Origin: Microgenomates group bacterium
Lineage (GTDB): Bacteria > Patescibacteriota > Microgenomatia > UBA12405
Assembly: GCA_049303675.1 (NCBI GenBank)
Contig: JBAQNJ010000001.1
Coordinates: 956,001 to 998,299, forward strand
Direction of reading: 5' to 3'
DNA length: 42,299 bases
This document shows, in pieces, positions 17,075 to 24,236 of this stretch. The translations under genes and the position numbers were made by a program. Position 1 is the stretch's first letter. Each line of letters begins with the position of its first letter. Below the pieces are notes generated by a model. The model saw nothing but the letters and a program-made list of their open reading frames with translations. It did not search any database and was not told where the DNA came from.

Positions 17075-17834
17075 TATTATATCCCCCAGCTTCTATCTCT
17101 TGAGCTAATTTTGGTCCGCCTTCTCTGACTATTTGTCCCTCAGCCATAATTACCACCCTATCTGCCGCCAAATACTTTAGGATACGATTATAGTGAGTAA
17201 TTACCAACACCCCTATTTTTCGTTGTTTGGCCACCGCCGCCACTGTCCTCGCTATCTTTTGCAGGGCATCCACGTCCAGACCCGAATCAATTTCATCCAA
17301 AATAATATATTTAGGATTAAATACTAAAAGTTGCAATATTTCTAGTTTCTTTTTCTCCCCCCCCGAAAAACCATCGTTTAGACCTCTTTTAAGTAGTTCT
17401 GGGTTTAGTTCCAATAGTTTTGCCTGTTTTTCTATCCATTCTCTAAATTCAAGTAATTTTGTCCCTATCTTAGGATTTCTTTTTTTATAAAGTTGATACA
17501 AAAAACTATTTACCGTCAGTCCGGCTATTGCCACCGGATATTGGTTGGCCAAAAATAATCCCTCATTTGCCCTCTCGTCTGGACTCATTTCATCCATTCC
17601 CACCCCATCAAGTTCTATTATGTTGCGTTTTTTATTTTTTTTATCTGTTAACTGTTCACTGTTCACTGTTAACTGATACTTAGGATGTCCCGATAGTGCA
17701 AAGGCTAGTGTTGATTTCCCCGATCCATTTGGTCCCATAATCGCCACTACTTCTCCTGCTTTGACCTCTAAGTCAATACCCTTAAGTATTTCTTTTTGGC
17801 CGACTTTTACCCTCAATTTATTTATTTTCAACAT
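17067..17834 (-). CDS. sufC: Fe-S cluster assembly ATPase SufC
   Basis: Contains Walker [10 protein letters not shown], the ABC signature FSGGEKKK and Walker [11 protein letters not shown]. Confidence 0.9.
   Translation of the reverse strand: MLKINKLRVKVGQKEILKGIDLEVKAGEVVAIMGPNGSGKSTLAFALSGHPKYQLTVNSEQLTDKKNKKRNIIELDGVGMDEMSPDERANEGLFLANQYPVAIAGLTVNSFLYQLYKKRNPKIGTKLLEFREWIEKQAKLLELNPELLKRGLNDGFSGGEKKKLEILQLLVFNPKYIILDEIDSGLDVDALQKIARTVAAVAKQRKIGVLVITHYNRILKYLAADRVVIMAEGQIVREGGPKLAQEIEAGGYNND
17643..17677. repeat. Tandem heptad array, (A/C)ACTGTT x5, in frame in sufC
   Basis: Reads atctgtt aactgtt cactgtt cactgtt aactgat and encodes [11 protein letters not shown]. Confidence 0.9.
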
Positions 17835-17872
17835 ACTCCCACTATTTTAGTAGGAGTATGAGTAATTTACAA
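17832..17872 (-). promoter_or_regulatory. suf operon promoter overlapped by a 29-nt near-perfect palindrome
   Basis: On the minus strand: TTGTAA (17872-17867), a 17-nt spacer, TAAAAT (17849-17844), then the Shine-Dalgarno sequence GGGAG. The palindrome is catactcc-c-acta-ttt-tagt-a-ggagtatg (17832-17860) and covers the -10 box, the SD and the start codon. Confidence 0.4.
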
Positions 17873-17890
17873 GGATTTGATTCTTTACTG

Positions 17891-17963
17891 AGCCCAGAAA
17901 GGAACTTGAATCCTTGACCTTCCCCTTACCAAGGGGATGCTCTACCAACTGAGCTATCTGGGC
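17891..17963 (-). tRNA. tRNA-Thr (anticodon GGU)
   Basis: Manual cloverleaf: gcccaga/tctgggc, D arm gctc-agttggta-gagc, anticodon arm tcccc-ttggtaa-gggga, aggtc, T arm aagga-ttcaagt-tcctt. Confidence 0.9.
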
Positions 17964-17994
17964 GAATTGTTAATATTGGTACTGAATTATACTT

Positions 17995-18043
17995 GACCTG
18001 TCCGAAAGCTTTCGGACTGCTCTACCAACTGAGCTATCTGGGC
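17995..18043 (-). pseudogene. Truncated tRNA copy (5' acceptor to variable loop) with the palindromic anticodon arm
   Basis: The first 26 nt are identical to tRNA-Thr(GGU) (gcccagatagctcagttggtagagca). These are followed by gtccgaaagctttcggac and aggtc. There is no T arm. Confidence 0.6.
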
Positions 18044-18134
18044 GGTATCGATATTGTAACAAAAATTTTACTACTTACTCAGTCTAAGTAGCCTGTTTTT
18101 GTTATAATTCCTAAGTAAAGTCAAAATTAAATTT

Positions 18135-18156
18135 TATTTCGTAATTCGTAATTAAT
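18135..18156. repeat. Heptad array, TAATTCG family
   Basis: Reads tatttcg taattcg taattaa, just upstream of tRNA-Ser. Confidence 0.7.
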
Positions 18157-19690
18157 AATTTTTAATTGATTTTGGAGAGGTGCTCCGAATGGTAAGGAAC
18201 TTGTTTTGAAAACAAGCGCCAGCAATGGCATGCAGGTTCGACTCCTGTCCTCTCCGCCAACCAGAAAATGGGGGCGAATTTAGCAAAATTCGCCAGCCAA
18301 TATTGCCCTGAAATCCGAAATTTTTATCTTTTAAAACGAAGTTCGAGCCGATATTTTTTAAGAAACTTCTAAATTCATAAGGATTGTTTTTCTTTATTAA
18401 TATTTTGGCAAGGCTTGCGGATAAAATCATTTCTCTCATTTGTTCGAGCCAATTATTTCCTTTTGATTCAAAATCTTTTAAATCCTGCTCGATACCAGTT
18501 TGTTGATTGATAAATAAATTTTTCTTGGTGAGGTATTGTTGATTATCAATCAAATTATCGAGTCGGAAATTTAGCAGGTCATCAAGTTTTCGGTTAATTT
18601 CTGATTTTTGAGTTACCAGATTTTGAATCAATGGTTGGGATTGGATATTTGCTTGATTGGTTTCTTGGTCTAACTCTACCAACATCTTTTTTACCCAACT
18701 TTTCGGCAAAGAAACTTTTTGAATCTTGGTTTTGATTTGGTCTATCAATTCCTCCTCTCGTAAATATTTTTCGGGACAATTACTTTTCTTTTTAGTACAG
18801 CGATAATAGTTATGTCCTTTTTGGGTTTCGGCGGTTATCAGGCAACCACACCCGCCACATCTCATTAGTCCCGAAAAAATAAACTCGTGTTTTCGTTGCC
18901 GATGTTTTTTGCCTCGGTTATTCATCACCTCTGCCACCAAATCAAAAAGTTTCTTAGAAATAATTGGCTCATGAACTCCTTTATACAATTCACCATTAAA
19001 TCGAATCAGTCCGTAATAAATTGGGTTTTGTAACATAAATTGGACACGGGATTCTGATAAAGTTTTATCTTGATAACTTTTAAGGTTTGACTTAGCGAAA
19101 AATCCGGCGATACCTTTGAGGGTGCAATCGCCAGTCGAGTACATTTCAAATGCCTTTTTGATTAGTTTTGCTTTGGGAATATCAATATCAATTCCTTTGG
19201 TTTTACGATTATTGACATAACCAATCGGAGCAAAAGACGGCCATAAACCATTCCTTAGTTTTTGTCTGATTCCTCGCCGGATATTTTCGCTTAAATTATC
19301 AACATAATATTTACTCTGACCAAAGGCAATATTTAACATAAACTTGCCTTGTGGGGTTGAGTCAAACCAAAAAGTAGGAAACTTTAAATCAAGAATTTTT
19401 CCCGTGTCCAATAAATAAATGATTTTCCCGCCATCAATTGAGTTTCTGGCCAATCTATCAGGGTGCCAAGCCAAAATGCCCTGTGCTTCGCCTTTTTCCA
19501 TTCTCTCAATCATTTGATTAAAAACAATCCTTCCGGGTTTCTTGGCAGTTTTTGCCTCGGTGAACGAGGCAACGATTTCAATTTTTTGAATTGTGGCAAA
19601 TTCTTTTAGCTCAGCAATCTGATCACCAATACTTTTTATTTGTCTTTCTTCACTGTCGGTTGATTTTCTAGCGTATAAAAAGTATTTCAT
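18152..19690 (-). CDS. Large serine recombinase (integrase); the last ~60 codons read through the att arm and antisense tRNA-Ser
   Basis: Has the N-terminal resolvase catalytic motif YARKSTDSEERQ, a recombinase domain, and the zinc ribbon CGGCGCLITAETQKGHNYYRCTKKKSNCPEKY. Confidence 0.9.
   Translation of the reverse strand: MKYFLYARKSTDSEERQIKSIGDQIAELKEFATIQKIEIVASFTEAKTAKKPGRIVFNQMIERMEKGEAQGILAWHPDRLARNSIDGGKIIYLLDTGKILDLKFPTFWFDSTPQGKFMLNIAFGQSKYYVDNLSENIRRGIRQKLRNGLWPSFAPIGYVNNRKTKGIDIDIPKAKLIKKAFEMYSTGDCTLKGIAGFFAKSNLKSYQDKTLSESRVQFMLQNPIYYGLIRFNGELYKGVHEPIISKKLFDLVAEVMNNRGKKHRQRKHEFIFSGLMRCGGCGCLITAETQKGHNYYRCTKKKSNCPEKYLREEELIDQIKTKIQKVSLPKSWVKKMLVELDQETNQANIQSQPLIQNLVTQKSEINRKLDDLLNFRLDNLIDNQQYLTKKNLFINQQTGIEQDLKDFESKGNNWLEQMREMILSASLAKILIKKNNPYEFRSFLKNIGSNFVLKDKNFGFQGNIGWRILLNSPPFSGWRRGQESNLHAIAGACFQNKFLTIRSTSPKSIKNY
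18174..18259 (+). tRNA. tRNA-Ser (anticodon UGA), long variable arm, encoded CCA
   Basis: Acceptor ggagagg/cctctcc, anticodon arm cttgt-tttgaaa-acaag, variable arm cgccagcaatggcat, T arm gcagg-ttcgact-cctgt, then g-cca. The D stem is imperfect. Confidence 0.85.
18254..18337 (+). repeat. attL-side arm: 84-bp perfect inverted-repeat partner of 19715-19798
   Basis: I compared the reverse complement base by base and found it identical over 84 nt. It contains the internal hairpin ggcgaatt/aattcgcc. Confidence 0.95.
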
Positions 19691-19696
19691 TTTTTT

Positions 19697-19948
19697 AAGC
19701 CCGCATTTGGCCCAGTTTTAAAAGATAAAAATTTCGGATTTCAGGGCAATATTGGCTGGCGAATTTTGCTAAATTCGCCCCCATTTTCTGGTTGGCGGTG
19801 TGCATTCGAAAATATTCGAACAGATTTTCAAAATTTATAATGACGGGCGGAACTCGCCCCCCTCCGATTTCCGCCCGATGGAAAGTGAGGATTTCAATAA
19901 AACTGCCAAAATATCGGCTCGAACTTCTTTTGGGCCAAATGCGGGCTT
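19697..19948. repeat. 18-bp inverted repeat (aagcccgcatttggccca / tgggccaaatgcgggctt) enclosing the internal att-like site
   Basis: The arms lie at 19697-19714 and 19931-19948. The right arm is followed by a T-run, and the left arm is preceded by a T-run on the plus strand (an A-run on the minus strand). Confidence 0.9.
19715..19899 (-). repeat. Internal inverted attP-like composite site (arm shared with attL + core + arm shared with attR)
   Basis: 19715-19798 is the reverse complement of 18254-18337. 19792-19899 is the reverse complement of 24851-24958. The two share the core ttggcgg (19792-19798). Confidence 0.9.
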
Positions 19949-20033
19949 TTGAAAAAATGATAAAAAATACTGACATAATGCTAACTATAGTATGTAGAAC
20001 TAAAGTTAGCAAGTGGTTATAATAATCCGCATA

Positions 20034-20255
20034 ATGAAAAAACAAATATTAGTAAAATTCGGACAAAGTGTTAGACAAGAAAGAGAGAAACAGGGGTTGT
20101 CACAGGAGGAGTTGGCTAACAAGGCCAAAGTACACCGAACTTACATTGGAATGATTGAAAGGGCTGAGAAAAATATTACTCTGGCTAATATCGAAAAAAT
20201 CGCTAATGCTTTAAAAATGAAGATTAGTAACCTACTAAAACAAGATGAAGATTAG
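20034..20255 (+). CDS. XRE-family helix-turn-helix transcriptional regulator
   Basis: GLSQEELANKAKVHRTYIGMIERAEKNITLANIEKIANAL is a typical Cro/C1 HTH. The ORF track starts at 20013, but ATG 20034 (MKKQILV) is more likely, with TATAAT at 20018-20023. Confidence 0.85.
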   Translation: MKKQILVKFGQSVRQEREKQGLSQEELANKAKVHRTYIGMIERAEKNITLANIEKIANALKMKISNLLKQDED

Positions 20256-21690
20256 CCAATTATTTAAGTTAGACAAAACCCAGTTTGAACTTGATTTTGT
20301 TGATGTGGATATAGAACATGATAATTGGTTGTTTCTCGACCCTTTTTTTATTTCGACACGAAATGATCCCTGGTCGGTAGATGCAACGAGAGTTATTAAA
20401 TCTTTTTTTCAGTACATCATAGATTTGACAAAATCCGGAAATGTTAACCAAGCTAAGGGCTACTTTACTCATTTGAACGAACCAAACGAAACCTGCTTGG
20501 GAATGTCAAAAGGTAACCCCAGGGGGAATGGTGTTGGAAATGATAACGCTGAAAAGATTTTTGATAGCTTGTTGACTAGTAAAGCTATGGAGACCGGATT
20601 AGTAGAAAACCTAGAAGATTCTGCAATTTTTATTGACGGAATTGCTAGAGATAAGGTATCTGACGTCACAACAAATATAATCAGACGTAATTTAATCGAA
20701 TATACAAAAAATCAATGTGATCTATGGGGAATACCAATTACAAATAATTGTCCGTCTGGGTTCTATTGGAACCAAAATTCTAAAAAGTGGGATCAGTCCT
20801 ATACAGAAAGGTTGGTAATTAACAATAAATTGTTTCTACTTGTACCCAAGAATTCGGTTACATTTTATAAGGATTATATCGACCAAAAATACTATCAACA
20901 TTATGTTCTAAATTTTCTTCAAGATGAACACATGAAGAACAATAGTCCTTTAGTTCAGCATAGGAAGCTAAAAGACGGAACAATCCATAGTTTTGTTACC
21001 AAGAAAGACATTAAAGAAAAAGATTCACCTTTTTCCAAGGACCTCTTAAGAGAATTTACACGTAAACATCCTGATATATTCGCGAAATTTAGAAATGAAA
21101 AAAAGGGATCAGTCAAACCTCTAAGCAATGAGCAGCTAACTAACATAAGTCTTAATGAAGTCGTCGAATATTTAGTTAAGTGTCTAGATGAGATACGACC
21201 CGGAGGTGACGAAGCCTCCAAATATCATAGATTAATGATTGGAATCTTAGAACTAATTTTTTATCCACATCTAACAAACCCAATAAAGGAAAGAGAGATA
21301 AACGAAGGAAGAAAACGAATCGATATTGCAATGGATAATGCCGCAACAAACGGTTTTTTTCATCAACTACATGATATTCACAAGATATCTTCCAGGTTTG
21401 TTTATATCGAATGTAAAAACTATTCGGATGATCCAGAAAATCCTGAATTAGATCAGCTATCGGGAAGATTTTCCGTAAACACTAGCAATTTTGGCATATT
21501 AGCTTGCAGGGTGGTAAATAATAAAAAACTTATGACTCAAAGGTGTATTGATCTCTATAAACAAAAAAAGGAGTTGATCATCGTATTTGACGATGGGGAA
21601 ATAAAAGAAATGTTGAACCACTTACTAACAGATTCATCCTATATAGATTCCTGTCTTTGCAACAAAAGAAGGGAAACAGAACTTGCATGA
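20245..21690 (+). CDS. 481-aa protein with a C-terminal PD-(D/E)xK-like nuclease motif; N-terminal region unknown
   Basis: GRKRIDIAMD ... FVYIECKNY fits the D...(D/E)xK pattern of the restriction-endonuclease fold. It overlaps the XRE gene by 11 nt. No methyltransferase is nearby. Confidence 0.55.
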   Translation: MKISQLFKLDKTQFELDFVDVDIEHDNWLFLDPFFISTRNDPWSVDATRVIKSFFQYIIDLTKSGNVNQAKGYFTHLNEPNETCLGMSKGNPRGNGVGNDNAEKIFDSLLTSKAMETGLVENLEDSAIFIDGIARDKVSDVTTNIIRRNLIEYTKNQCDLWGIPITNNCPSGFYWNQNSKKWDQSYTERLVINNKLFLLVPKNSVTFYKDYIDQKYYQHYVLNFLQDEHMKNNSPLVQHRKLKDGTIHSFVTKKDIKEKDSPFSKDLLREFTRKHPDIFAKFRNEKKGSVKPLSNEQLTNISLNEVVEYLVKCLDEIRPGGDEASKYHRLMIGILELIFYPHLTNPIKEREINEGRKRIDIAMDNAATNGFFHQLHDIHKISSRFVYIECKNYSDDPENPELDQLSGRFSVNTSNFGILACRVVNNKKLMTQRCIDLYKQKKELIIVFDDGEIKEMLNHLLTDSSYIDSCLCNKRRETELA

Positions 21691-21755
21691 TTTTTATTGC
21701 AGCCTTTCATAGTCCACGGTGATTAAATATTATATTCGTGACATAATACGTAAGA

Positions 21756-22760
21756 ATGAAATATTCAAATAGACTTGGCGAAATCAGTAACGAGCAACTA
21801 CAAAAGGCTTTAGATAAATTAAAACTTGGGAAATTTGTAAAAGCAGAACCGATAGGATTTGGTAATTTTGGCCAAAATCTTTTTCTAACGAGTGATAAGG
21901 GTGAGTTTGTATTGAGAGGTAAGCCCCATTATCCGTGGCAATTCCCAAGTGAACAATTTATGGCCAATCTGTTTCATGAAAACACTAAAGTTCCGGTACC
22001 TTGGCCTTATTTAGTTGATGGGGATATGGGTATTTTTGGTTGGAGTTATTGCATTATGCCAAGACTTCAAGGATTGCAACTTAAAGATAAGGCTGTTTAC
22101 GATCAATTGCCTTTGAAAGATAAGCTTGAAGTAGCCCAAGCTTTGGGGGAAAACTTAGCCGAAATGCAAAAACTTACCTGGGAATTCAGTGGTAAGTATG
22201 ATTTGGAATCAAGAACAATAAAACCTTTAGAAAAACCATGGGATCAATGGGTTATTGATTTCATTGACGACTTGGTATCTAAAAGCGCGACTTACAGCGA
22301 CAAAACTCCCAAGAAGGATGTGGAATGGATAAATCAGTTAATTGAGACTGGGAAGGAAGCACTACAAGCCCCATTTACGCCAACCTTTGTGATGCATGAT
22401 TATCAAATTAGTAATATGGTGGTTGATAAGGTAAATGGTAAGTGGCAAGTAACTGGACTTTTTGACTTAATGGAAAATTATTTTGGCGATGGTGAATCAG
22501 ACCTAAGTCGGGTATATGTGGCCTACGCTGAGGAAAATGAAACTTTAGCCTATGCATTTTTAAATTCTTATCTATCTAAAATGAAAGTAAGACAAGGATT
22601 TGAGAAGCGATGGCCAATTTACATGATTCTTGATCGAATCGTGGTGTGGGAATGGGCTCAAAGAAACGGGAAATGTTGGTGGAAACAGGAGTACACATTT
22701 AGAGAATGGGTAGAAGGCAATACTTTACTTGACGTTAAGAGATTAATAATCAAGAAATAA
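21756..22760 (+). CDS. Phosphotransferase (APH/CotS-like kinase fold) family protein
   Basis: FVMHDYQISNMVV (catalytic loop-like) and GLFDLMENYFGDGESDLSR (Mg-binding D plus the GDxxxDL motif) resemble aminoglycoside/choline kinase-type enzymes. Confidence 0.7.
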   Translation: MKYSNRLGEISNEQLQKALDKLKLGKFVKAEPIGFGNFGQNLFLTSDKGEFVLRGKPHYPWQFPSEQFMANLFHENTKVPVPWPYLVDGDMGIFGWSYCIMPRLQGLQLKDKAVYDQLPLKDKLEVAQALGENLAEMQKLTWEFSGKYDLESRTIKPLEKPWDQWVIDFIDDLVSKSATYSDKTPKKDVEWINQLIETGKEALQAPFTPTFVMHDYQISNMVVDKVNGKWQVTGLFDLMENYFGDGESDLSRVYVAYAEENETLAYAFLNSYLSKMKVRQGFEKRWPIYMILDRIVVWEWAQRNGKCWWKQEYTFREWVEGNTLLDVKRLIIKK

Positions 22761-22764
22761 ATAT

Positions 22765-23712
22765 ATGGATCAACAAATATTTATGAATAATATTAGCCCA
22801 AAACAAATAATTACTGATTTTTCCAATAAAAGAAAAAACCCTGTGTTGTTTTTAGATATTAAGGAAGTCGGTAAAAATGTTGCATTATTAGTATCCGAAC
22901 TGTTAAAAGGTAAATTTTTTGATTCTCTCGATGTAGTCTTGCAAACCCCAGGTGGAAATATAGATGCTGCTTTTTTAATTGCAAAATTAATTAGAAAAAG
23001 CACTAAAAACCTCACAATTTTTGTGCCTTTGTATGCTAAAAGCGCAGGAACATTGATCTGTCTGTCGGCTGACCATCTTTTGTTAACTGATATATCAGAA
23101 CTAGGCCCGCTAGACACACAAATATTTGAACAACAAGATGGCGGGCAATCGCAATATGTATCCGCTCTAAACGGGTTTAAAGCCTTGGAACAGGTGCAAC
23201 TGCATTCAATTGAAACTCTCGATATTACAACGAAGCTCTTACTTTCAAAAAGTTCAATGAAGATTTGTGAGGCTGTAGAACTGGCTTCCGATTTCTGCGG
23301 AAAAACTAGTGGAAAACTGTATCAGAAACTTAATCCGGCAAAAATTGGTGAGTATGCAAGGGCGTTAGAAATTGGTGAATCGTATGGAGTCACGATACTT
23401 AATAAGTATTGTAAATGGGATAGACAAAAAGCAGAAATGACTGTAAAAATTCTGGTAAAGCAGTATCCATCACACGAGTATGTAATTGATCTTGAGGAAT
23501 TAACTGACTTGGGAATACCCGCAGAACTTATTTGTGACGAACTTGTTGATTCCGTAAAAATATTAAGGAATTTGATGTTACAATCTGCCGAGACACAAGT
23601 AGAGCTAATTGAGCCAACAACGAATCAAAATACTACTCTACCAAATACTACCCCACCTGTCTCTATTAGTGGTAATATTAATATAGATGATAATGAAAGA
23701 TTGGCGAGATAA
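22765..23712 (+). CDS. ClpP/SDH-fold (S49-like) serine protease family protein
   Basis: LQTPGGNIDAAFLIAKLIR...VPLYAKSAGTLICLSADHLLL...GPLDTQ resembles the SDH family Clp-fold serine proteinases (from memory). Confidence 0.65.
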   Translation: MDQQIFMNNISPKQIITDFSNKRKNPVLFLDIKEVGKNVALLVSELLKGKFFDSLDVVLQTPGGNIDAAFLIAKLIRKSTKNLTIFVPLYAKSAGTLICLSADHLLLTDISELGPLDTQIFEQQDGGQSQYVSALNGFKALEQVQLHSIETLDITTKLLLSKSSMKICEAVELASDFCGKTSGKLYQKLNPAKIGEYARALEIGESYGVTILNKYCKWDRQKAEMTVKILVKQYPSHEYVIDLEELTDLGIPAELICDELVDSVKILRNLMLQSAETQVELIEPTTNQNTTLPNTTPPVSISGNINIDDNERLAR

Positions 23713-23934
23713 AAACTTAACAAAAGTAAGAAACAGTAAGACAGATTCGGTGAGAGATGTTTTTAAGAGAGAAATACTAAATACCAGAATAGTTATTTCG
23801 GGAATTCTCAGAGAGCAAGACGATAAATATCGTCAAGAAAATATTGTGAATGGTAGTATTAAGTCGCCACTAAGTTGTATTTGAATTTGTCATTATAAAA
23901 TTAGGAACAAAGTTTAATAGGGTATAATTTATCT

Positions 23935-24183
23935 ATGACTTCCAAAAAAATAGCAACAATTTTATTAGTCGTTGGTATAGTTGGGGCTTTGAATAACTCA
24001 ACAGCCTTATCAAATGGAGGAATCGGGGCTTTATCTTTATTTATCGGCTCAATTTTTGGTGCAGTATTGGGTTCAGATATAGGTCGATTAATTACAATGT
24101 TAGTTGATATTATTTGTAGAGCCTCACTTATTTTCTTTATTTTAGCCGCCATTTACTATTACAAATCGAAAAAAGAAATCTAG
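23935..24183 (+). CDS. Small membrane protein (2-3 TM segments)
   Basis: An 82-aa hydrophobic ORF. I prefer it over the antisense ORF 23901-24152 because it is co-oriented with the rest of the island. Confidence 0.45.
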   Translation: MTSKKIATILLVVGIVGALNNSTALSNGGIGALSLFIGSIFGAVLGSDIGRLITMLVDIICRASLIFFILAAIYYYKSKKEI

Positions 24184-24236
24184 TTAATACTTCAATTTTT
24201 GAAAACGAATCGTAATAATAGAGGTATAATCGCATT

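Noticed and set aside
12209-18043. Split-tRNA halves (Nanoarchaeum-style trans-joining) formed by the 5' fragment at 17995-18043 and the 3' fragment at 12209-12270.
   Set aside because: The acceptor strands are not complementary (gcccaga versus ttcaggc). Each fragment instead matches the acceptor of its own neighbouring intact tRNA.
19695-20045. A 116-aa minus-strand ORF and the similar ORF at 24653-25009.
   Set aside because: Both are read almost entirely through the att-arm repeats (shared peptide ...FSKFIMTGGTRPPPISARWKVRISI...). Their similarity is a by-product of the inverted repeats, not evidence of a gene.
20245-21690. A classical restriction-modification system, with the XRE gene as a C-protein and a PD-(D/E)xK enzyme.
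   Set aside because: No methyltransferase motif-bearing ORF exists anywhere in the island or its flanks. The nuclease assignment itself rests on a short motif only.
23687-24152. ORFs 23687-23884 (plus strand) and 23901-24152 (minus strand).
   Set aside because: The first overlaps the protease gene end and has no start context. The second is antisense to the co-oriented small membrane protein ORF 23935-24183, which fits the island operon better.
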